Shown here in pieces: positions 29,648 to 39,075 of a DNA stretch of 64,000 nucleotides. Numbering within the stretch: the first letter of the stretch is position 1; every line of letters begins with the position of its first letter. Both the position numbers and the translations under genes were made by a program. The notes below the pieces were generated by a model. That model searched no databases, was not told the DNA's origin, and was given only the letters and a program-made list of their open reading frames with translations. The stretch comes from a virus. The stretch is from IMG/VR virus record IMGVR_UViG_3300005911_000002, positions 9,213-73,212 of that record; one strand, written 5' to 3'.

Positions 29648-30031
29648 ATGAAAAAAGTTATAGTAAAGAATAAGTCAGAGGCGACCCTAGTATTAGATGG
29701 TGGCCCGGTAGTTAAGGGTCTAGAGGAGAAGTTAGTCGACGCTGATATTATGTTACGACCCTCAAACAAACGGCTATTAGGCAAATACATCCAGATTCTT
29801 GAAGCTACAATGCCTGTTGCTACCGTCCCAGAACCATTGAAAGAAGCACCTAAAGTAGCTGCGCCCGTAGTACCTGCGGTACCTGATGTAGAGGCGGTCG
29901 TAGAACCAGACCCACTCGAAGCAGACATACTCGCGGCTATGGAAGCAAGCATTAAAGAAGAGCCTGCAGTTAAAGAAGATGTTAAGGAAGACGTGCCTGA
30001 AGTTAAGAAAAAAAGAAACAGAAAAAAATAG
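29648..30031 (+). CDS. Hypothetical protein with Pro/Glu-rich region and basic tail
   Basis: GGAGG SD. Confidence 0.6.
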   Translation: MKKVIVKNKSEATLVLDGGPVVKGLEEKLVDADIMLRPSNKRLLGKYIQILEATMPVATVPEPLKEAPKVAAPVVPAVPDVEAVVEPDPLEADILAAMEASIKEEPAVKEDVKEDVPEVKKKRNRKK

Positions 30032-30101
30032 ATGAAGAAAATCGTCTCATCTAATTTTCAGACGTCAGACGAAATAACAAAAGTAGCGGAGAAGCTAAAA
30101 G

Positions 30102-30506
30102 ATGAGTATATTAGAAAAAATAAGAAAAAGGATGAAGGACACAGAGGAAGCAAACGCGATCCTAAACGCAGTTGAGTTTTCAGAAGTAACTATGCAGGAT
30201 GCGATTGATGAAGCAGTTGACGAGTTCAACACATTATATGCCCCCCAGAGTTCTGATACGGAAGAAACCATTCCGTTTTTTGCTTTATTTTTCGGAGTAT
30301 GTACAAAGCTTCATGAAACCGCTAAGCTAGTAGCCAAGAGGAACTCGATTGCGTATAACGACGCAGGTGAGTCTCTTGACTACGATGGGAATAAAGACAG
30401 GGCCTATTCAGAATCTCTGCAGTACTTTTCTACTTTGTGGGAAAGGAGACAGAGGAATCTTAAGGCCAAAAAGAATGCACTGGGGTTTATGGGGTCACTA
30501 GTATGA
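30102..30506 (+). CDS. Putative head-tail adaptor
   Basis: Helical 134-aa protein following the capsid gene. Confidence 0.5.
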   Translation: MSILEKIRKRMKDTEEANAILNAVEFSEVTMQDAIDEAVDEFNTLYAPQSSDTEETIPFFALFFGVCTKLHETAKLVAKRNSIAYNDAGESLDYDGNKDRAYSESLQYFSTLWERRQRNLKAKKNALGFMGSLV

Positions 30507-31300
30507 TCATAGGGAGAATGCTTCCAACTGGGCCGTACTCGATTTATTTAGAATGGAGTATCCGAGATATTGAGCTCTTAACCATGGACACTGTTGAAAT
30601 ATACAGGAGTAGTGGTGAAGCAGGTCCCTACGATTTGAAAGTTAGCCTTGATACTGGGCCCGCAGCTTACCTAGACGAGGGTATGAACAATGTTTCATAT
30701 CAAAGAGTATTTTACTACATCATCAAACTGGTTAGGGATGATGAGGTAATCGACCAGTCCCCCAAGCTGTGCATAGAACATACGGACGGACAGCAAGACC
30801 TTCTATATGGTATGATACAACGCGCGTCGTCTATCGGCTATCGAAGGTTGTTTGGTTCCAAATTATATGTTCTCCAGAAAAGGGACTGGGGTGTCCCTTG
30901 CGAGTGTCGCGACATGATACGAGGGCACTCTAGCGAGGATGACTGTAGAGCCTGTTATGGGACTAGCTTCCATGGCGGGTTTTACACCCCAGTTATAACA
31001 AGAGGTAAAAGGTCCCCGTTTGTTAAGAAATCTATAATGCAGTATTTTGTGACAGAACCGGGTGACGAGATGATAAAGCTAATGAACTATCCTGTAGTTA
31101 AGGTGGGGGACACGTTAGTGGATTCTATGAATCATAGATATGAAATTATAAACATCCGAGTGAATAGGCGGCTGGACTTAATGGTCTCCCAACTATTGCA
31201 GGTTCGGAGATACCCGTCAATTAGCGACTTGATTTATATGTATGATTTAGATATCCCAGCCCTTAAACCTGAAATCTACAGGACGCATGTTCCACTATAA
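30503..31300 (+). CDS. Putative head closure/neck protein
   Basis: FN3-like N-terminus; CxC..CxxCYGT..GG; P.VK.GD..VD..N.RY. Confidence 0.55.
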   Translation: MIIGRMLPTGPYSIYLEWSIRDIELLTMDTVEIYRSSGEAGPYDLKVSLDTGPAAYLDEGMNNVSYQRVFYYIIKLVRDDEVIDQSPKLCIEHTDGQQDLLYGMIQRASSIGYRRLFGSKLYVLQKRDWGVPCECRDMIRGHSSEDDCRACYGTSFHGGFYTPVITRGKRSPFVKKSIMQYFVTEPGDEMIKLMNYPVVKVGDTLVDSMNHRYEIINIRVNRRLDLMVSQLLQVRRYPSISDLIYMYDLDIPALKPEIYRTHVPL

Positions 31301-31312
31301 ACTGGGGGAGCA

Positions 31313-31792
31313 ATGCGAGTAGTAATAGAACCTAAAACACAACTACCATATCAGAATAAAGAGTTATCAGATGATAGATATAAGCAGCTACTGCTGTTTA
31401 AGTGTATCGAAGAGATAAAAAAAGTAATGGCTTCGGGGATATTTAAACACCCTACGGGAGCACTTATGAACTCTATAAACGGGTATGTTGTTGGCGAATA
31501 TATCATTATCTATTCAGATAAACAATACGCGACAGCGCAGGAGTTCGGGGTTAAGCCCCATGCTATGTGGTATCTACTTGGGAAGACCGTCCCGATTAAA
31601 ATATTCAACACATTTGGCGGTCCTCCTAAAACGATCTATAGGAAGGTTACCTTCGAAGCGTTGTCCAGGGGTAAGTGGCATCATCCGGGTTCTCCGGGGA
31701 AATACTTTATGAAAACAGGTATTGACAAAGCAATGTCCCAGGCAACGGAGTTAAGGATGAAGATGATAAGTGGGGGGAATGTATTCATATGA
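31313..31792 (+). CDS. Putative neck/tail completion protein
   Basis: TGALMNSI, YA..QEFG, HPG.PGKYFM; HK97 gp10-like pattern. Confidence 0.55.
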   Translation: MRVVIEPKTQLPYQNKELSDDRYKQLLLFKCIEEIKKVMASGIFKHPTGALMNSINGYVVGEYIIIYSDKQYATAQEFGVKPHAMWYLLGKTVPIKIFNTFGGPPKTIYRKVTFEALSRGKWHHPGSPGKYFMKTGIDKAMSQATELRMKMISGGNVFI

Positions 31793-32502
31793 TTAAAATA
31801 GCAGGATATCAGGGAGTTTCTACTGTAGACTACCCTGGAAAACTTTCGTTTGTGATGTATACTTATGGGTGCCCCATGAGGTGCCCTTACTGTTTCAATA
31901 GTGCTCTCGTAGATCCATGTATGGAAAAAGATATGACATTCCTAACAAAAGATGATATCTACTCTGTGCTGGATTCTAGAAAAGATTTTGTAGAGGCTAT
32001 CGTTATATCTGGTGGAGAGCCTACCCTACATTCAGGGTTAATACCGTTTATTAGGGAGCTCAGGGATAGGTATCCGTTAGCTATCAAAGTAGATACTTCC
32101 GGGATAAACCCAGGAGTCCTGCTAAAACTTATGGATGGGGTGGACTATATCGCCATGGATGTGAAAACATCTTTTGATAAGTATAGTATGTTCTCCCCGG
32201 ATGTAACTGCTTGGAGGAGAATACTCGAGAGTATGGTATTTTTAAATAATAACGGTAGGTGTGACTATGAGTTTAGAACTACCGTGTGGAAGGGCGGATT
32301 CAATCTAGAGGATGCAGTTTTAGTAGCTAGATTTATGTCAGGCGGTGCTACATATTATCTACAGAACTTGGTGGATAACGCTAGCCCGATGCTTCTCCCA
32401 GACAAAGTCGGGGATGAGAGATATACGAAGAAAGAAGTGCTTGCGATAGCAAAAGAACTCGGGGATTCCGGAGTAACTGTAAAACTTAGGGGGTTTGATT
32501 AA
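31789..32502 (+). CDS. nrdG: Anaerobic RNR activating radical-SAM enzyme
   Basis: STVDYPG, CPMRCPYCFN, SGGEPT, AMDVK, YEFRTT. Confidence 0.9.
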   Translation: MIKIAGYQGVSTVDYPGKLSFVMYTYGCPMRCPYCFNSALVDPCMEKDMTFLTKDDIYSVLDSRKDFVEAIVISGGEPTLHSGLIPFIRELRDRYPLAIKVDTSGINPGVLLKLMDGVDYIAMDVKTSFDKYSMFSPDVTAWRRILESMVFLNNNGRCDYEFRTTVWKGGFNLEDAVLVARFMSGGATYYLQNLVDNASPMLLPDKVGDERYTKKEVLAIAKELGDSGVTVKLRGFD

Positions 32503-33149
32503 TGCGACAAGAGAGTATAGAGTATGTAAAACAAACACACCGGAATATGGTATCTTTTCCGAAAATGGTGGGGATATCGTGCTTGCAGTGGATGTTCCAA
32601 AATAACCCTGAATATCCCTGGAGCCCAAGCCCAACCGAATCAAAAATACTTATACAGGAAGATGGGATATTCCCAGAGGAAGTCGGTACCAGGCCTATCG
32701 TAGTTATGTCTAGAGCCCCTATATCGTTCTTGAGTACATCCATGGACCAACGGAAATCAGGAACTTTCCAGTTTATGGGGGGTGCGAGGAATTACAAGGA
32801 GTCATTTCTAGACTTAGTCCAGTGTTCTTTGACGTTCAACTGTATTGGAAAAACTAGAATTGTAGCTGAATATATAGCCATGGCCGTAGTAGCTGTATTT
32901 CATTTCTTTCATACTGACGTTCAGGCGGTATTTAACATACATGACCTGGAGCTACGATCTATCGGCAGCGACCAAGCTTTAATGGGGGCTGATGGCAGGC
33001 AATTCCTAGCTCATTTTATCCCTGTGAACGTTCATATGATATGGCCTTATGAGTGGACTAAATATCAATTGGACCCGGAGGTATTAAGGCAATTGTTCAT
33101 AGAGCAGGTAGATGAGAATGGTCTGACTTTTCAAACAACAGACCCATAG
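32502..33149 (+). CDS. Putative tail terminator protein
   Basis: Size and position between neck and sheath genes. Confidence 0.45.
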   Translation: MRQESIEYVKQTHRNMVSFPKMVGISCLQWMFQNNPEYPWSPSPTESKILIQEDGIFPEEVGTRPIVVMSRAPISFLSTSMDQRKSGTFQFMGGARNYKESFLDLVQCSLTFNCIGKTRIVAEYIAMAVVAVFHFFHTDVQAVFNIHDLELRSIGSDQALMGADGRQFLAHFIPVNVHMIWPYEWTKYQLDPEVLRQLFIEQVDENGLTFQTTDP

Positions 33150-33182
33150 TAAAAAAAGGGGCGTGAGCCCCTGTACTGCATA

Positions 33183-33425
33183 CTACTCTACCGGAGCTTC
33201 TCCGACTTTCGAAGGGGTCTCCTTATGATTCGCGGCTGCCCAGCAATTAGTCAAAGTATGCAGGGCGTCCAACATAATATGATCACTCCGAACATTAATT
33301 CTAGACGATATTAGCTGACTCTTATTATCAGCATCCTCTTCAATAATGCACAGCACAAACTGAGTTCCATGTGTTCGACAAAGCTCGTCTACTACCGATA
33401 TAGCCTTGCTTAATGATTCGTTCAT
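33183..33425 (-). CDS. Small hypothetical protein
   Basis: GGAGG SD before ATG 33425; hairpin terminator at 33151-33172. Confidence 0.55.
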   Translation of the reverse strand: MNESLSKAISVVDELCRTHGTQFVLCIIEEDADNKSQLISSRINVRSDHIMLDALHTLTNCWAAANHKETPSKVGEAPVE

Positions 33426-33519
33426 AATAACCTCCAAGTTAAGTAATATTGCTTTATGCCACGTTTATAGTATATTAGAAAAACAGGTATAAATAAGTAA
33501 CAATCAAAAGGAGGGGTAT

Positions 33520-34467
33520 ATGACCAAAAAGATATCACCGTTGGTAGCCCTCCCTAGTGGGTGGGTACTTCCGAACACACACCAGAAATATGCTAGTGAT
33601 AGGAGGAATATCATGGACACACTATATTTCGCAAAACTAGTCGGTACAATAGATAAGTTGACAGACTCTGAGAAGATCACAACCTCCGCGTGGGGTTTGT
33701 TAGATGAACTCGAGGTAGCCGCACGAGGAACATTTTTGGGAAAGATTTGCATCAGCCATGGGAGTTCCGTCGGGTGCTACTTTACAACAGCCCCTCCGTG
33801 GGTTATGGCTAGTGAAAAAACACCCTATGGGTTATTTATGCAGCATGACGGCAGGGTAGCTCGGAAGTATTTCCTGCAAGGTAAGGTAGATAGCATCCTT
33901 AAAGTATTGGATACCTGGGCTAACCAAGTAAAAAACGGAACCCCTCTGTTAGCTATTGACGTCAAGAGAAAGCATGATTTCGAGGACACCCTGGCGGAAT
34001 ACGAAAAGTTCGTAGAACTCACTGACTTAGAGTACGACGTCGGGGTGTTCCTGCTCAAGAGCACACCTGATAAAGAAGCTGCCTCAAAGAGTCTACTGGA
34101 AATTGTCAAGGTAGGCGAGCATGGTCCCAACCTGCTAGTACCACTAGACAAAATGGCGTGGACTCCGGTAGAGGGGAACAGGTACGTGATAGAAGCGGGT
34201 AAAACTAATATATGGAATCGCACATACAGTGAGAGGCAGCGAGAATTTAAGTGCAGACTCTTGGCATACCACGCGTTAGCAAACGATGATCTACCCGACT
34301 TCCTTGTACACTTGCTGGGTGTAGCTGATAGGGGTATCCTGGAATCCCATCTCGGCAAAAGACTAAGAGATAAAGTATATAGGCAGCTAGGAATATGGGC
34401 TCTCATGGGCAAGTCGAAAGCTGAGAATAACATCAGAGAACTGGCAGATCAGGATTTCCAAGATTAA
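33520..34467 (+). CDS. Hypothetical protein directly upstream of the ncRNA
   Basis: AGGAGG SD; 315 aa; no recognised motif. Confidence 0.7.
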   Translation: MTKKISPLVALPSGWVLPNTHQKYASDRRNIMDTLYFAKLVGTIDKLTDSEKITTSAWGLLDELEVAARGTFLGKICISHGSSVGCYFTTAPPWVMASEKTPYGLFMQHDGRVARKYFLQGKVDSILKVLDTWANQVKNGTPLLAIDVKRKHDFEDTLAEYEKFVELTDLEYDVGVFLLKSTPDKEAASKSLLEIVKVGEHGPNLLVPLDKMAWTPVEGNRYVIEAGKTNIWNRTYSERQREFKCRLLAYHALANDDLPDFLVHLLGVADRGILESHLGKRLRDKVYRQLGIWALMGKSKAENNIRELADQDFQD

Positions 34468-34484
34468 GTATTATATGGTATAAA
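34456..34484 (+). promoter_or_regulatory. Putative promoter of the ncRNA
   Basis: TTCCAA-17-TATAAA with TG. Confidence 0.5.
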
Positions 34485-34490
34485 GAAAAG

Positions 34491-34867
34491 AATAAGAAAC
34501 AGTTACTACGACGGTAGTAACTGTAGGTACTACGTCTTTCCGTGCTGCGGGGGAGCGTATGTTTAGTGATAGGCAGCTGTCCTACGTGGGGACAATGGAA
34601 GTAGGGTAATTGGTACCCAACCACGAGCGGATCCTTTGTACCATCCGCTAGTAGCTACATAGCTACGCACCTCGAAGCTACGATGCTTCAAGTACCTAAG
34701 CGCATGAACGGCGCAATGTCCAACCGAGGACACTAAACTCGGCAATAATATCTTGGGGAAGATCCAAGACGCTGGTAAGGCTCAGGCGGACATAAGAGCT
34801 AAGGACTTAGATCCGAATTGAATAGGCGCAAGCCGAATTATATAAATTTAGCCTTCGGGCTTTTTTT
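34491..34867 (+). ncRNA. Large structured non-coding RNA, family unassigned
   Basis: At least 10 nested helices, long-range pairs 34524-31/34691-98 and 34716-21/34788-93, GCAA tetraloop, terminal UUCG hairpin plus T-run; no credible ORF. Confidence 0.7.
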
Positions 34868-35003
34868 ATCCCTAAAGAAAGATTTATATGATATAATAAG
34901 GTGTTCTGATAGATAAAGCAAAATCATAAAAAATACACAAATATAATAAAAATTGCTTGACGAATAAACTGTATTGATGTAAACTAATTGTAGAGGTTGA
35001 GAG

Positions 35004-35594
35004 ATGAAAAAATATATTAAACTATCAGAATATGCAAAAAATCATAATCTAAGTTATGTTACTGCCTATAACCACTTTAAAAAAGGTTTTGTTCCCAACA
35101 CAAAACAATTGATAACCGGAACAATCTTGGTTGAGGAAGAGCAAGAAAAAACTGTTGGTGTGATTAAAAAAGCGTGTGTATACGCAAGAGTACCCAGTAA
35201 TGAAATGAAAGACAACCTGATAAGACAACAAGAAAGACTAGAAAACTTTGCGATTTCTAATGGGTTTGAGGTTATAAAATCAGTTAAAGAAATAGGTTCT
35301 GGGTTAAATGATAAGCGGAAGAAACTTGAGAAAGTGTTAAAGGACGATAGTTGGAATGTTCTTATTGTCGAACACAAAGATAGACTAACTAGATTTGGTT
35401 TTAATTATATAGAAACACTTCTAAATAACATTGGGAAAGAAGTAATTACGGTAAATAAACAGGATGATAAACAAAATGATTTAATGGAAGATTTAGTTTC
35501 TATAATCTACTCATTTTCTGCCAGAATGTACGGGCTGAGAAGAAGTAAGAGAAAGGCTGAAAAGATTATTAAAGAAATACAAGAGGAAGATTAG
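35004..35594 (+). CDS. tnpA: IS607 serine recombinase/transposase
   Basis: N-terminal HTH; YARVPS (canonical YARVSS), EIGSGLN, EHKDRLTRFGF, FSARMYG.R. Confidence 0.92.
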   Translation: MKKYIKLSEYAKNHNLSYVTAYNHFKKGFVPNTKQLITGTILVEEEQEKTVGVIKKACVYARVPSNEMKDNLIRQQERLENFAISNGFEVIKSVKEIGSGLNDKRKKLEKVLKDDSWNVLIVEHKDRLTRFGFNYIETLLNNIGKEVITVNKQDDKQNDLMEDLVSIIYSFSARMYGLRRSKRKAEKIIKEIQEED

Positions 35595-36805
35595 TGAATT
35601 TAGTTGAACAACATATTATAAAAAAGAAACATAGGTTATATGACGAGCTGGATAGCCTGTCATTCCTCTCCAAAAATTTGTATAATGCTGCCAACTATAT
35701 TATCAGACAGGGATTTATTAATAATAAGCAGTATTTAAATTACACTAAAGTCTTTCATCTAATAAAAAAGACGGTCGATTATAAACAGCTACCGGCCAAG
35801 GTGAGTAATCAAACATTAAGGTCTCTGGATGGTAACTGGGTTAGTTTTTTCAGGGCAATAAAAGATTGGGGAAAGCATCCAGAAAAGTATAACAGCAAAC
35901 CCGGACTCCCTAAGTATAAGAAAAAGTCGTCTGGCAGGAACATCATTATCTACGAAAAACAGGCGGTGGGAAAACGCCATCTTCTTAAATATAATGAGAT
36001 TAAATTGTCTAAGTCTAATATTAGTATAAGAACAAAAATCAGCTATACTGAGTTAAGGCAGGTTAGGGTTATTCCAAGGTATGACCACTATATAGTGGAA
36101 GTAGTACATGTCAAAAAGGAGGTAGATAATGACCTGAATGAAAATAATTTTCTTGGAGTTGATATGGGCATGAATAATTTGTGTGCTGCAAGCACTTTGG
36201 ATGGGGACTTTTTCCTGATAAATGGAAGACCCCTAAAGGCTATAAACCATTATTACAATAAAAAACTAAGTAGACTAAAATCTGAGCTGGAGAAATCTAA
36301 CAGTAAAAGAAAATCGTTAAGAACCCGAAAATTAACTAATAAAAGAAACAGGAAGATAAAACATTACTTACACAAAGTTAGTAAGTTTATTATCAACTTC
36401 TGCTTAACTAACAATATTGGTAAAATAATCGTGGGGAAAAATGATAATTGGAAGTCTGAAATATCCTTGGGCAAGAAAACTAACCAGAACTTTGTTCAAA
36501 TACCACATTCACTTCTTGTAAATCAGATTAAATATAAGGCGAAGTTACAGGGGGTGTCCGTAATTCTTCAGGAAGAGAGCTACACCTCCAAGTGTAGTTT
36601 TATAGACAACGAACAGGTTGGGAGACATGAACGGTATGCTGGAAAGAGAATAAAAAGAGGATTATTTAAGTCTAAAGAAGGAATTCTGATAAATTCAGAT
36701 ATTAACGGTAGCCTGAACATTATTAAAAAAGTAGTCTCAAACTTCACTATTCGTGAAAATGAGATAAAGGGCTTTGCAGTAAGCCCAAGATTGGTAGCTT
36801 TATGA
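35594..36805 (+). CDS. tnpB: IS607 TnpB RNA-guided nuclease
   Basis: GVDMG (RuvC-I), IIVGKN..WK, EESYTSK, NSDINGSLNI (RuvC-III). Confidence 0.92.
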   Translation: MNLVEQHIIKKKHRLYDELDSLSFLSKNLYNAANYIIRQGFINNKQYLNYTKVFHLIKKTVDYKQLPAKVSNQTLRSLDGNWVSFFRAIKDWGKHPEKYNSKPGLPKYKKKSSGRNIIIYEKQAVGKRHLLKYNEIKLSKSNISIRTKISYTELRQVRVIPRYDHYIVEVVHVKKEVDNDLNENNFLGVDMGMNNLCAASTLDGDFFLINGRPLKAINHYYNKKLSRLKSELEKSNSKRKSLRTRKLTNKRNRKIKHYLHKVSKFIINFCLTNNIGKIIVGKNDNWKSEISLGKKTNQNFVQIPHSLLVNQIKYKAKLQGVSVILQEESYTSKCSFIDNEQVGRHERYAGKRIKRGLFKSKEGILINSDINGSLNIIKKVVSNFTIRENEIKGFAVSPRLVAL

Positions 36806-36858
36806 GTTATGATTCTAAAGGAAAAAGATTTTTTAATATTTTTCCATACTGTAATCTG

Positions 36859-37068
36859 ATGAAGATAAAGAATAATAGAGGTGGTGGACCAGGTATACCT
36901 ATATGGTTACTAGGTGTTTTTCTACTATGCGCATATGGTATTCCCGCGGCTAACGTAGTACTGCTAATGGTGGCTGTTTATAAAAAGAGTAAGAAGCTCG
37001 CTATAATATCAGGAGTCCTGTGGATACTAATGATAAGCTTTTACGTATGGCTAACATGCCTACGGTAA
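36859..37068 (+). CDS. Small two-TM membrane protein
   Basis: MKIKNNRGGGPG...; two hydrophobic helices; ATG just outside the IS right end. Confidence 0.6.
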   Translation: MKIKNNRGGGPGIPIWLLGVFLLCAYGIPAANVVLLMVAVYKKSKKLAIISGVLWILMISFYVWLTCLR

Positions 37069-37225
37069 ATTTGGTGATCGTATTACTGGCCACCGGGGGC
37101 TCTGAGTGGTAAAAACCATACTCAGCTAGTGGTGGGCATTTTCGCGTTATCTTTTTTTAAGTGACAAACCTATAATATCATGCTATACTATAATAGAAAA
37201 CGTATATAAAAAGGAGGATACGAGC

Positions 37226-39064
37226 ATGACAACTACAGGAAGATCAACTGGTGTAAATGTATACCAGATTATAGAAACTGTTGCTCAATCGTTGGGGCTT
37301 CCAGAATTAGTCCCAGTCATAATCGGTCCGTGCTACCAAATACGCGACTATACCGACGGAACTGCCGGTGCCTACGCTGCTGCGGAAACTACATACAGTT
37401 ACCCAGACCTTATTAGCGGAGCTATCCCAGATCCAGAAAGCGTTGTAGTGTATGGAAGATATCGAGACAAACCACTGGAAGTTATTGCCGCGGCAAGTTT
37501 TAGTGCTGACGCATCAGGAATCACTGTTGTAGCTAGCCTAGTCGACGCATTAAGCCGACCTTTTACAGCAATGTACATTGGATATAAGGCTTTTAGAACT
37601 GACTTATCTGATGAGGTTGTAGAGGTTCAGCACGTTGACGAAATCGAAAGTTTACTGGGAGTTATTTCTTTAGATAACCCTCTTGCATACGCAGCTAGTA
37701 AGTGCGCTCTTGGAACATCATATTCATTTTACGCAATAGGGATTGATGCAGATAGTGAAGTTGGCTACCAAAAAGCAGCGAACAACCTGGAAACTGAAGA
37801 ATGTTACTTTATGGTACCATTGTCATCAGATGCGGCGGTCATTCAGATATTTAATGATCACGTGAATCAAATGTCAGACCCGCTGGAAAGAAAAGAGCGT
37901 ATAGTTCTATCAACAGTAGACCTGATACTTAATGAAACTTATATTGAGGAAGGTGTTGCAGGGTCTATAGCAGACACGACTTCAACGTTCATCGATGCAG
38001 CGCAAGATTTCTTCTTGTCTGACGTAAGTGCGGGAATGACTGTTACAATAGACCCAAATCTCAGAGGTACTGGGACAGCGGGATCAGTTACAATTAGCAC
38101 CGATGTGTTTACTGACTTGGACGCAGATTTTACTACAGATGGAGTATCCATTGGTGATTTTGTACAGATTCCTCTCGGACTGAATGCTGGATATCGCCAG
38201 GTTCTGGCCGTTACTTCTGCTACAGTGCTACAGCTAGACACAGTATTTTCAGCAACAGAAGCTAGTATCGGATATTCTATATCTGAACTTGGCCCAAATG
38301 GCGGTGCTAAAACAATTGCAAGCGTTACTAGCGCTACCACACTTGTAATGAGCGCGGCGTTCACAACCACTGCTACTGCAATCAGCTATACTATTATAGA
38401 TGATTACTCTGACAGTAAGTATGAACAGGCTACTGCTTTGAAAAGTTATGCGGCAGCTATAGCAGACAAACGTGTTATGGTAATATTCCCAGATGTAGTC
38501 GTTGTATCAGTTAGCGGATCGGATGTTGATGTTCCGTCATACTATTTTGCAGCATACCTTGCGGGAAAGGCTTCTTTTGAGAAGGCTGATAAGCCGTTTG
38601 CGAACCTTGCAATGGGTGGTGGTTTTGTAGGACTTAAGCACTCGAACAAATATTTTAATGAATCTCAGTTGAGAACTATCGCCGAAGGCGGTATTTATCT
38701 AGTTCAACAGGACTCCGTACAGGCTCCAGTTTATGCCAGACGGCAGTACATGACCGACACAAGTGACCTTAAAACTCAGGAATTTTCTATTGTGAAAGCT
38801 GTGGATTGGGGAGCTAAGTATTACAGAGCTAACCTCAAACATCTTGTTGGTATCTATAATATATCGGACAGGTTTTTACAGAGGCTGGGTATCATCGTTG
38901 AGGGCATTAACGACTTCGTATCTGATGATGTGCATGGCGTATTCAGGTATGCATCGGTCAGAGAACTCGTACAAGACCCTATAGAACTCGACCACGTCGC
39001 ACTCAGACTCAACATTGGTATTAAATACCCAATGAGTGAGATTGATGTGTACATGTACTTGTAA
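37226..39064 (+). CDS. Tail sheath protein
   Basis: GVNVYQ..PVIIG N-terminus, QEFSIVKAVD, C-terminal IKYPMSEIDV; promoter GTGACA-17-TATACT upstream. Confidence 0.85.
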   Translation: MTTTGRSTGVNVYQIIETVAQSLGLPELVPVIIGPCYQIRDYTDGTAGAYAAAETTYSYPDLISGAIPDPESVVVYGRYRDKPLEVIAAASFSADASGITVVASLVDALSRPFTAMYIGYKAFRTDLSDEVVEVQHVDEIESLLGVISLDNPLAYAASKCALGTSYSFYAIGIDADSEVGYQKAANNLETEECYFMVPLSSDAAVIQIFNDHVNQMSDPLERKERIVLSTVDLILNETYIEEGVAGSIADTTSTFIDAAQDFFLSDVSAGMTVTIDPNLRGTGTAGSVTISTDVFTDLDADFTTDGVSIGDFVQIPLGLNAGYRQVLAVTSATVLQLDTVFSATEASIGYSISELGPNGGAKTIASVTSATTLVMSAAFTTTATAISYTIIDDYSDSKYEQATALKSYAAAIADKRVMVIFPDVVVVSVSGSDVDVPSYYFAAYLAGKASFEKADKPFANLAMGGGFVGLKHSNKYFNESQLRTIAEGGIYLVQQDSVQAPVYARRQYMTDTSDLKTQEFSIVKAVDWGAKYYRANLKHLVGIYNISDRFLQRLGIIVEGINDFVSDDVHGVFRYASVRELVQDPIELDHVALRLNIGIKYPMSEIDVYMYL

Positions 39065-39075
39065 GGAGGTATATT

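Larger units (their letters stand above)
34902..36849 (+). mobile_element. IS607-family element (ends approximate)
   Basis: Serine recombinase plus TnpB; AT-richer than flanks; removing it rebuilds a promoter-SD-ATG. Confidence 0.85.

Noticed and set aside
34433-34745. Two short minus-strand ORFs
   Set aside because: No SD; the region is better explained as a plus-strand structured RNA.
34491-34867. tmRNA, RNase P, group I intron or TnpB omega-RNA
   Set aside because: No tRNA-like ends, no GAGGAAAGUCC, no interrupted gene; it lies upstream of the IS left end and has its own terminator.
36802-36858. 5' extension of the 88-aa ORF
   Set aside because: Falls in the IS right end; the native start is ATG 36859.
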